Assembly (NCBI RefSeq): GCF_026571515.1
Contig: NW_026856417.1
Coordinates: 1 to 64,000, forward strand
Length of the DNA: 64,000 bases
Reading direction: 5' to 3'
From: Ruditapes philippinarum
Taxonomy: Eukaryota
The first letter of the stretch is position 1. Each line of letters starts with the position of its first letter. Below, in pieces: positions 14,291 to 25,389 of this stretch. The position numbers were made by a program, and so were the translations under genes. The notes under the pieces were generated by a model, which made no database searches, had not been told where the DNA came from, and saw nothing but the letters and a program-made list of their open reading frames with translations.

Positions 14291-14956
14291 TTTTATAATT
14301 TAGGCAGTTTTATATTGTAACATAAACATTTTTCTTTTGGTCAATTACAATTATAAAAGCCAATCTTTTGAAAAATATTACTGAAACAATTTGACAAGCT
14401 TAAAAGTGAGCATACTATCACTTTCATCGTGTAACTATGATGACTCTTTGGTGGAAATAAGAATACGTAGCTAGCTTTAAAACCCATCCTGTCCACGCAG
14501 CGAGCCATTACTTGATTATTTAAGTAGATTTATCTAAATTAATGATTTCCTAAAAAGGAACTTTTTTTGCACCTCACACCTATAAATGAACTTATAGTGA
14601 ATACATTGAATAAACAATTAGAATACCATTGATAATGTCAGAGTGTACTTTTCGTACAGAGAAATTCGGTCAGTTTTATCATACATTACTTTGGATACAT
14701 AGACACCAAATATTTTGGTAACAATAGCACATCGTTCCAAAATTAGCAAGATTCTTTGGTTGTCGGATGAACATGCATTATTTAAGACAAAAAAAAGAAA
14801 TGCAGATCTAGACATAGTATGTCTTGATAAGGACCTTTGAATACGTGAAACACGATACACACGCGATACGACATTCAACTCGTCACTGTGTTACATTCTT
14901 TACAATACATGACTGAAGAAACAGGCTGAAGGGTTAAGGTGGACAAATTCAGAAGA

Positions 14957-17900
14957 ATGATTTATTTCAAAGTTATTCTACGACTTTGTTTCGCTTTGTT
15001 TCATTTAGTGGGAAATGTGCATATGTATTCAATTGTGAAACGTCAAGGTAAGATTTTTTTACTTTTTAATAAAAGAACATAATTAGAAAATCAAATAAAA
15101 AAGGAATATAATTTTATAATAAAACATAATAAATCAATAATAAATTAATATATTAGCTTGATTAAGATACTTCTAACTCTACTTGTATATTTTTTTTTTG
15201 GAATTTGTAACCCCATACCCTGATATCACAAGGGGAAGCGTGGTCATAAACCGATTAGAGCTTTAACCAACTTTATCCTGGTAAAGCGGTATACATCTTA
15301 ACGTTAGGCATCCACCCACACACACACCCACTGACTATACAGTGATTTATTGTCGAATAGGAACACAAACAACAAAATATATATATGGAAGCTTTATGCA
15401 ACTTTATTCTATTTGTCATTGAATATATTTAAGGTAAATTAACGCTAAATTATGTGTCTATTAATATGTAAATGTTTTTCCTCCGCTACATGAACATTTT
15501 GCATAAAACATGTGTATCGGAATGTTATCTGCGTGAATGATAAGACAAATTGCGTATGTGTGTATATTGTAATATAATAACAAAGAGGACGAGTATCATG
15601 TGCACTTATTATACGGAAATGTCAGCACAAATTAACCATTATATCTAATTATGCATGCAATATTTTAATGAAAAACTTTTTTTTTAATTTTTTTTTAAGT
15701 GCCGAATTTTCAGTGGTATCAAGCCGGTCATGTGACATCCCACAAGATAACCGAGGCGTCTGGACTTGCTGCAAGTCGTAAACATCCGGGAGCTATTTAT
15801 ACTCACAATGATCATGGGGGCGCTGCTGAAATCTACGTCATTAATGCTTTAACTGGAGAAAAAGAGGCTACACTTACAATAAGTGGCGTCACGTCAAATG
15901 ATTGGGAGGATATAGCTCTCGGGAAATGTCACCCTGATCCGAACAGTGGCTTTTGTATCTATATAGGTGCATAAGTTTTGTCTTTTTTTTCTTTTCTTTT
16001 AATTTGATTTGCTTTAATTGGTTGCTTGTAATTGACAGATGTCTATTTTCACTAGCCGAATGCATTCAAACCCCGTCAGGGGCAAGTTGTTGTTTCTTTG
16101 AGCAAGAAACTTTACACTCATTGCGCAGTACTGGTTGGTACCAGTGTAACGTTTTGGCATTTTTTTATAATTAACTAGTTTTGAATAAAGATTATCGTTT
16201 GCTGAAATGATTTTAGTGTAACTTTACAATTATGTTAATTGTTTATATTGCGACAATATATTTTAGTTTACGGTACTTTACAATATACGTTTAGTATACG
16301 TATTTTCAATGAACGTTTGATATCATATAATGTAATTAACGTCTCAGTGATCATGATCATTCTTATCAGCCAATGAAAATAAAGTCATGCTTGAGCGATT
16401 ATCTCAGCAGGTATAAATACGGCGATTAGAAAAAAATTACTCAGTCTGCAGAGGAATTCACCGGGACCAGGTTACTTTATGTAATTGAAGCCTCGCTTCA
16501 TACATAGAGGATAAGTTCGTCTACCTAACTGAAGCCTAGCTTCATAGGTAGAAAAGAAGAATTGGCAAAACTTAATACCCTTGTCTATCCAATTGAAGTC
16601 TAGCTTCATGGATATAGTGTCGTTCTAGTTTAGTTGTGAAATTGTATTTGACTCTGGGTACTTATAGATTTCCATATTTTCTGAAAGCCTCGCTATCAGG
16701 AAATTGGTAACATATAGGTATTAAAAATCCAGAGGTATACCAATAACGAATAAGTTTGTATAGATAAAACAGTTGGAACTTTGTAACAGTTGTAATTCCC
16801 CGCCAGCAGCTTATCTTTCTATCTAAATAGAAGCCTCGCTTCATAGATAGGGAGGTAGTTGCTGGACTATAGGAAATTATCGGGTTGCAGCGTGATATCT
16901 ATAGCTTTTGAATTATTTCATAGTGTTATATTGTAAACATATTTACTGTATTGTGACTTTTAATAATTTAATAGTGTATTTTGGAGTATTAATTCAAGCT
17001 GATTGTTTATGATATATGATAATTTCATAATCATTTGTATCTAATCAAACGGCAGGTAGCCCAAAGAAAAATTTATTATATATTCGTTGTACATCCGCTC
17101 GGTACACGTTACACCAGGAAAGGATTGGAGAGTGTGTCTATAACCTTATAGCTCCCATACAATCGAAGTAAACAAAATTTGTATAGACCAAACAATAAGT
17201 GTACAGTTTCATTCTTACGGATATAACGACTTGCACTTAACGGGGTTTGAACCAAAGGAGCCAGCAATCCGTAGATTATTAACCCGACTCATTAACTATA
17301 CCGATACCTGTATATAGCTTTTTTAACTAATTGCTTTACACACTTAAAACACAACATATTGTAAAATAATTGTAAAAAAAAAACGCGTATGTTTATGATC
17401 TCAAATGTTATATTATAAGAACTGAGCATTGCTTAGCATTGTATAGCTATTAAGTGTTTATTTTTTACGTTCCAGGCGACTTTGGTAACAGTGGCAAGGG
17501 AGCTCTGAATAATATTTACAGAGTTACTGAACCTGATGATCTAAGCAGTCAAACAATACATGTTGGTTCAAACGATAAATTAGAGTTCTCGTAAGCATCA
17601 CGTCTAAAATTTACACGTCTAAAGTAAACATTATATCCGTACTAATACTTTGCTGTATAATGTGTATTATAATAAATCACAACATATCAGTTCATATACA
17701 AAATCTTTACTCTTGACTCTACAGATTTTATTCATTACAGATGGAACTTTGATGATTGTGAGACGTTGATGGTGGACCCAAGTGCCAATCTGTTCATAAT
17801 TTCCAAAGTTTCAAACGGTCACGGTACTATTGCTCAGCTGCCAAATTCTGCTTGGGGTTCGAGCTCGAGAGTTTCTTTAAGCTCCACGGCGGTAGTTAAC

Positions 17901-19193
17901 ATTGAATCAGGCTCGAATGATCCTGTTGGTGGTGATATTTCTCCGAATGGGAATGAGGTTCTTGTAAAGGTATTTACTCCGTTATTAACCTTTTTTATAA
18001 AGGTTTCCACTACGTTATTACTCTTTTTATAGAGGTATTAACTCCATTATTGACCTTTTATAAAATTATTCACTCAATTATTGCCCTTTTGTTAAAATGT
18101 TTACTCCGACATTTCCTTTTTATAAAGGCATTTACTACCTTTCAAAAATTCATTTACTCCGTTATTTTTATGAAGGTATTTTCTCCGTTACTTCTTTTTA
18201 TTTATAAAGGTATTTAATCCATCATTTCTTTTTTATATAGGTGTTTTCTCCGTCATTTCTCTTTACATAAGTATTTACTCCTTCATTTCGTTTAATATAA
18301 ATATTTACTCCGTTATGTCTTTTTTATGAAGGTATTTACTCCGTTATTTCTCTTTTTATAAATCATTTACTCTGTTACAACGCTTTTATAATAGCGTATT
18401 TTCGTTATTACCATTTACTCCTTAACTCTCCTTCTTTCAAGGTATTAACTCTGATATTATCCTTTCATAATTTTATATACTCGGTTATTTCCCCTTTGTT
18501 AAAGGTATCCACTCTTATATCGACGGTATCCTTAAGTTTTGTAAAGTTATTTACTTGGTTTTTCATAACATCTTTAAGTCCGATTACCTTATTGATTTTT
18601 TTGCGACATGGCAACAAAGCATGACTTAAATTAAGTATTCGTCTAGAAGATTGGTGTCCATTACATAGCATTATCTTATCTAGTTATATAGTCGTGGCCG
18701 ACAAGACCTTTCGAGAAATATGTAATTTTCGTTAAAATTCACAGCTGGTCCAAGGACTGGCATATGAATGTATTTTTTTAATTCAAATATCCTAAAATGC
18801 TCTAAGAAACTATGAAATAATCCCTTTTCCCACAGAAAACAATGTGTGTACGTTTCTATAATAAAACATCACATTCTCCTTATATTCCATTAACTCGTGA
18901 ACTTTTTCAGCCAATCGCTGGCTATTTAGCAAGGAAGTAACACCTTATCTATAAAATTATTTTATTATTGCAGCTATAATACTATATCGTCTCTGTTTCA
19001 GACCCATCACAATATCTATTATTGGAATTTACACGGTTCAAATGACTATTTAGCCACGCTACAGACACCTGGGACAAAATTAGCATATAAAGATGAGCCC
19101 CAAGGGGAGGCCGTTTGTTGGGACGCAACTGGGCTCGGATACTACACTCTCAGTGAGGGACAAGATCAAATTCTTTATCACTACGTCAAATGA
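14957..19193 (+). CDS. 5-exon secreted protein (297 aa) resembling uncharacterised bacterial-type beta-propeller proteins
   Basis: Exons 14957-15047, 15700-15966, 17476-17590, 17741-17969 and 19002-19193; all introns GT-AG; 894 nt open. Signal-like N-terminus MIYFKVILRLCFALFHLVGNVHM. Motifs ITEASGLAASRKHPGAIYTHND, DWEDIA, YIGDFGN, IYRVTEP, DCETLMVDP, GGDISPNG, EPQGEAVCW and GYYTLSEG. Confidence 0.9.
16060..16160 (+). mobile_element. Degenerate SINE fragment (CORE-like) in intron 2
   Basis: TTTCTTTGAGCAAGAAACTTTACACTCATTGCGCAGTACTGGTTGGTACCAG. It shares the CAGT(A/G)CTGGTTGGT.CCAG segment with the SINE at 60546-60682. Confidence 0.55.
17966..18510. repeat. ~31-33-bp intronic minisatellite whose unit begins with the exon-4 splice donor (AAAG|GTATTTACTCCGTTATT)
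   Basis: Degenerate copies near 17966, 17999, 18031, 18172, 18206, 18328 and 18501. Confidence 0.85.
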
Positions 19194-19245
19194 TACTACA
19201 CTCTTAGTGAGGGACAAGATCAAATTCTTTATCACTACGTCAAAT
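19138..19245 (+). repeat. 54-bp tandem duplication spanning the stop codon
   Basis: 19138-19191 is repeated at 19192-19245 with a single C>T difference. Confidence 0.95.
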
Positions 19246-20397
19246 GATAATCCTTGTGAAAATATAACATGTATTTATTTTTGACATTAAAATGTTAACA
19301 TTTACTAATTTAGAATTTTTGTGCCACCTTTTTGAATATGTTGTCCCTCCTCCAAGTACATAACTTTGAATCGCAACATGAACATCCATATTTTTAACGT
19401 TCTCAGAAGTCTAGTTTTGGAAAGGTTTAAGGATGCCTGAAAATGATATATAATAGAAGTATAAGGAAAGGTATAGTATAGATGGATATTAAACGCGTGA
19501 TCTGAAATGACGTCATCTTCATTAATACACAATTTCAACATACAGAATTCACAAATTCAGTATTTCAGCTCCATAAATTCACGATTTCAACTTATTTAAA
19601 CTTCATGAAATCACGAGTTCAACTTCAATCATGAATTCACGATTTCAACTTAATGCCATCTGGTATCACACAAAACTACACAGAAGCAATTATTAATACA
19701 CTTGGAATATAACCAACTAAACTAGTTATTACTTCAAATATTTAAAGAATTATTTTCTAGAATATAACCAGTCGTTTCATATAATTGTCAAATCAAAAGA
19801 ATTAAAGTGAAATAATTAAGAATTGTGTCGTCGATAAAATACGATTACAATAAGAAAACCCTTCGAAACCTCTACATGTCCTCTCTCTATATGTAAATTA
19901 AAATAAAGCCGATCTTCTATCTTTAAGAAACGAACGTCTCTGCGCGCTATAAATAATTCTCGAGGCGCTGTCTTGGAGAAGACTTAAAAGTGATATGATG
20001 CACTTTTCCTTGGTAATATTACTGAGATAATTAGTTTGTAACATCACATAATTGTTTTGTTTTGTTTTTTTCAACAAAAATGAGCTAAAGACAGCTTTAA
20101 TTATACAGAAACATTAACGCCTACTTTAATATCGAGCAAATCTAAAAATCATGATTTATTCAAATATCATTATATATACGCTTCTCTGATTATTGTGAGA
20201 TCCATGAACCGAGAATTGTTCTTACAATATCTGTTGGTGATGAATTAATTAAAACTAATTAGTTTTATTGTATTTGTATGATTTGCAAGGGTGCAGCGGT
20301 CGATTGATCTTTGAAAAACTATGAAAACAACATATCCATTTGCATAGGAGCGTCACTTGAACTAAATGGAGATAATGAAATAATTCTTATTACAGCA

Positions 20398-23261
20398 ATG
20401 GGATTATACAAATACAAATATTTTGCTGCTTTATATGTTTTGATAGTTACTATTGCATGTTATATTACAAGAAGCAACGGATCAAAATTTAAGTATAACA
20501 TTTCAAGTTGGAAATTTTGTTTAAAATCCGACCATATTTTGTCGACGCTGACACAAGTAACGCTATCGCAGTGTGTTGATGAATGTGCCACACGAACAGA
20601 CTGTCAGGCGGTTAACTATTTCAAGAGTTACCACATCTGTGAACTTATTCCGGAAAACAATGGTGTGTTGTTTGAAACTACAAAGGTCAATCGTGGATGC
20701 GTTTTGGTAAAAAAGGATGATATGATCACAACCGAGGTAATGTTTTTTAGATAAAAACGATTGTAGAATTTAAATACATATTTCTTTTGAGAAAATCAAC
20801 CCAAGATTATAAAAAAGATCATTGAAGTAACAAAATTATAATGACGTCTAGGATTTTCATTATTATATTAAAGATGCATCGGTATAAATGCAAATGTGAA
20901 TGTTTAAAGTGTGTTTTAAATCGAATGTTTGTTCATTTAATAGTGATTTGCAAAAGGTAAATATGACATTAAGACAATACAGTTTTTTATCTGAATAAAA
21001 CTAAAGTAGAAACAGAAAAAAACAACAACACGATGACCAACAACAACATCAACAACATCATGCAATTACTGTTGGAATGAATACTGCTACCACTATTACT
21101 AATACTGCCGCGGCTGCTACATCTACTACTACTACTTCTACTACTACTGTTAGTGCTGCTACTGCTTGTGCTGCTACTGCTACTTTTATTACTAATGCTA
21201 CTACAACTACTGCTTTTACTACTGCTATAAAGGCTGCTACTACTACAGCTACTGCTGTTTCTGTTGTTGTTGTTGCTACTTCTGCTCATACTACTAATGC
21301 TACTGATGCCTCTGTTGTTGTTGCTGCTACTTTTGCTGCTATTACGATTGCTTTTGCTACTATGTCTGCTACTACTTCTGCTTCTTCTACTACTACTGCT
21401 TTTACTACTGTTGTTGCTGTTGTTGCTACTACTGCTGCTAATGCTTATACTGTTACTGCTGCTAATGCGTCTGCTTCTACTACTGCTGCTGCTACTAATA
21501 CTACTTCTTTTGCTACTTCTTTTGCTACAACTACTGCTGCTTTGACTATTACATGTAATGCCGCGGGTTTATATCTTTAACTTAAGTCTGAAACAGTCAA
21601 ACACTTGCTCGATAACCAATACTGATTGATGAATTTCCTTACAATTAGATTAATGAAAGCTGTCCTTGTGGCGCGAGGGAGTCATGTGACCTTGAATTAG
21701 ATGTGTCTTGCACGATTAAAGGTAAATATTATGTCTCCAGTGATAATAAATACAATATGAACTATTCAATTTAGAATTGCTCTCAACAGATAATGATCAA
21801 ATTCTTTACACTGTAAATGAACAGGTATTTGGAAAAAAGCTTTCCCGCAATTATCTGTATTAAATAATTAAATAACAATATAATCATTCAGATCACACGT
21901 TAATATATTTTTTAAAATAATGTGTTCATATGAATAGGCTTCATTAACAAAGCTTTCCTTTTTCATAGAATGCGAAACTTTAACGATACAAAATGGTCGA
22001 GTAAATGGAAATATGCGGTCAATAGGATCTTCAATAACATACGAATGCAACCAAATGTACATTGCAACATTTCAAGAATCAGGAGCGACCTGCCTTGCAA
22101 ATGGGACATGGTCATACACTCCCGATTGTACAAAAGGTTTTCCTTTTTGCTATATATAGGAACATTTTATGTTTTACTGAGTGGAATGGAAAAGAAAAAT
22201 AAGTTAGCAAACAAAAAATCTCCTGGTAAAAGTTTGGCTGAAATGAAATTGAGATCAAAAGTAAAACAACTTTTCTTGAGTAAGGTTTTTGTACCGTTCC
22301 TTTCAGTGTATGTCTTTCTTTTTCTTTAAACCTATTAGAATAATAAAAGAAATGCATCAATATTAATAAGCATGACATTGTATATGTTATTGAATACGCC
22401 AATGGTTTGTTCGATATTACGGTCGCCACCATAATAGTACATGTTGTTTCACTATTTTAGTCAAAGAAAACCAGAAGAGAAATTTTCGAACTCTTTTTTG
22501 TCTCAATTTATTGCACATCATATACAAGTATATTACACATTGATATTGCACACATTCCTAGTGTATATTGGTCAATAAACCACTATATTTTAGATACTGA
22601 AGGTAATAACATTTGCAAGGGTTGTATACGTCCGAGAGATTGTCAAGATGTTAAAGCAGTTAACAAAACAGCAGAAACAGGGTTGTTTAAGATTTATCCA
22701 ATTGGAAGCAATGGGTTTATGGTTCGCTGTGATATGGACACGCAACCTGGCGGCTGGACGGTGTTTCAACGCAGAGAATCAAATAGTGATTTTGAAAAAG
22801 ACTGGGAAGCATATAAGGAAGGGTTTGGGCAGTTGGCTAATAATTTCTGGTTAGGGAACGATAAGATATGGAAACTTACAAGCAGAGGGCTGTACAAACT
22901 ACGAGTTGATCTCATAGACCAAAATGGCTCGGAGGGATATGCGGAATACAGTTCTTTTTCAATCGGAAATGAGTCGACGAAATATGTCTTGAATATCGCT
23001 GGCCAAAGTGGAACAGCCGATGACAGCTTGATCGTGGGTCATAACGGAATGATGTTCAGCACTATTGACCGAGACAACGATACATATTTTAGATCTTGTG
23101 TATATCTTTTTAAGGGAGGGTGGTGGTACTCTGACTGTCAGGTTTCAAACTTAAACGGACCATATGGGAACGTCCGTTGTAATCGCGGAATGACGTGGAA
23201 ACAATGGAGAGGTAATTGCGTGTTTATGAAATTTACTGAAATGAAAATTCGTCGAAAGTAA
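20398..23261 (+). CDS. FReD paralogue A: signal peptide-PAN/apple-4Cys-CCP/sushi-fibrinogen C domain protein (415 aa)
   Basis: Exons 20398-20736, 21649-21721, 21969-22136 and 22594-23261 (1248 nt, GT-AG). PAN motif QCVDECATRTDCQAVNY...CEL. CCP motif C...NG...G..ITYEC...TCLANGTWS..PDC. Fibrinogen motifs CDMDT..GGWTVFQRR, W..YKEGFG, FWLGN, GGWWY..C..SNLNG and EMKIR. Confidence 0.95.
21020..21545. repeat. Degenerate trinucleotide microsatellite (ACT/GCT/GTT)n in intron 1 of paralogue A
   Basis: Low-complexity NCT repeats that generate the spurious poly-Thr/Ala, poly-Leu and poly-Ser ORFs. Confidence 0.95.
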
Positions 23262-23454
23262 CTACAATGTTTTGAGAACAGAGATAAAGCATGCTGTTTA
23301 TTTGATAACTTTTTATTGCAGCAAAATCGCTTTAATTTCAATGAAAGAAATTAATATTTTGCGTTAGTGTCAAATATTTCACCGTAAGATGCACATAAAC
23401 ATTATAACATCATCTTATGTATATAACAATTGTTCTTTATATTATTCTGAAAAG

Positions 23455-24790
23455 TGAAATCCTTTAAAATCATTATTTTATTTTTTATAACTACCGCACT
23501 TAAATCATAATTTCCGTTTTGATAAATGATAGCGCTTTAACTTCATTATTTAAATTGTAATAAATGATATCGCTCTTAGATCATTATTTCGATTCTGTTA
23601 AATAATAGCGCTCTAAAGCATTTTCTAACACTATCGGAATTTTTTCTATATAAACAAAGAAGGCCCGAATCGTGCATTATTCTACAACAATGCACTCGCC
23701 GTTCTTATCATCTCCCTGTGCATTTTCACATTGAGGGCGCCATTTTGTTTGAAAAATCTGATAAACAAAGAAAAATTTGTTGCGAAAACTATTTAGAATG
23801 AAAGAAAATGGTCTTACTATGAAAATGAATCCGAACATCAATATCTTTAATTCAGTCGTTAACGCTGCACAGACGTTTAAACTGTTGTTTACGTGACGTC
23901 ACAATGTAGCGCCAAACAGCACGTGCAAAACAATCAAATCAAGTACGCTATTTCAATATCGCAAACGAGTTAAGTTTTACATTTATTTCACTTTTAATAA
24001 TTTGTATTTCGCTTGAAAAATTATAGAGTGAAATAAAATAAACAAAGTTTTACTAACGTTTTCAAAATTCGTTATTCTCAAAATGTTTCTAAATACGGTA
24101 GATTTAACGACAGTTTTTTCAACCCACTGGAACAGCCTTTAAAGAACGTTTCTATTGGAAATTCTGAGGCGAAAACAAGTTTAATCACCAAACATAATGT
24201 ACAACTTTATAATAATAATTATAATTTATATCTTTTCTTGACGTGTTGGAATGAAAATAGATATTAATTCTTCGTGCATTATTGTATAATAATACACGTT
24301 TTTCGTTCAAATGCTTTGTAATTAATCACTCAGGCCTATCGGCCTTCCTGATTATATTACTACGCATTTGAACTCAAACCGTGCATTATTCTACAACAAT
24401 GCACTAAGAATTTATATCTATTTCCTTAATTTACGTTTGGAAAAAATCATAGCGCTGTATGTTTTTTTTTCTGATAACGCCCTGAACTCTTATTTTTCCG
24501 ATAAATTACAGCGCTTTTAAAGCATCATTTCAATTCTCATAAATGATGTCGCTCTTAAAATCATTATGTCGATTTTGTTAAATAATAGCACTCTAAAATC
24601 ATTATTTTCATTCTGATAAATGATAGCGCTTTAAAATCATTGTATAAGTTCTGTTAAATAGTAGCGCTCCAAATTTATAATTTCCATTCTGATTAATATA
24701 GCACTCAAAAATCATTATTTCCATCCTGATAAATAATAGAACTCTAAATTTTTTATTTCCTTTCTAAAAAAATGATAATGATCAAAGAGC
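23455..24790. repeat. ~39-bp minisatellite (TTCTGATAAATGATAGCGCTCTAAAATCATTATT) interrupted by nested element fragments at ~23625-24430
   Basis: The unit is present at 23460-23620 and again at 24440-24780. Confidence 0.8.
24255..24423. mobile_element. Long imperfect palindrome, probable transposon terminus
   Basis: AAATAGATAT..ATTCTT.GTGCATT.TTGTA.AATAAT.CACG...TTCAAATGC is mirrored about the centre AGGCCTATCGGCCT. Confidence 0.7.
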
Positions 24791-25389
24791 TTAGTTTTTA
24801 TTGTGATATGCTGATATAAAGGGCATCTAAAACATTCTTGAATTTCTTATGCCTTTGTACTTTTACACAAATCATTTTAACAACATCTGTTTTCTAAAGC
24901 AGCATGCCTCCAGTTTATGCTAATTTTGTAAAATTTTGAAAATGTATTGAAAAGTAAACATTTTGAAATAAACAATAAAAAGGTAATTGATATATTGTAA
25001 ACGGCATTTACAATCCGTGTGAATTACCAAAATGATGTCAAAATATGCAAAAATAACCCTCACTGCGTTTATTACGCAGTAGAAATATAATGATAAATAC
25101 TTCAAAATCAGTGTTCAAAAGCACAAAACATATGAATTATTACTCAAATATTTAAATCATTTTACTGTTCTTTAAATATTCCATAAATATAGAGAGCACA
25201 ACAGAGCGTCATATATACTCCAGACTTGGTAAACTATCTATTACTTTTGAGATGGATACTTGAAGCTTTGCTAATTTAAACTTGTTGCTAATAAATTAAT
25301 TAGAACTAAATATTCTCGCTTCGCCTTAGTGATTAAGAAATCGGTATTGTATTCGCATAAGATAATTATAAAATGCATTTTTTCTTTAG

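Noticed and set aside
14957-19193. Bacterial contamination as the source of the bacterial-like gene
   Set aside because: It has four spliceosomal introns containing host repeats and is contiguous, without a gap, with FReD paralogue A.
20311-20397. Longer N-terminal extensions in the ORF track for A, D (40270) and E (55306)
   Set aside because: They begin at non-ATG codons. The downstream ATGs align across paralogues and directly precede hydrophobic signal-like peptides.
20987-21580. Mucin-like or antifreeze-like Thr/Ala-rich ORF, and the poly-Leu and poly-Ser ORFs
   Set aside because: This is a trinucleotide microsatellite in intron 1 of A with no counterpart in the paralogues, and the flanking exons splice in frame without it.
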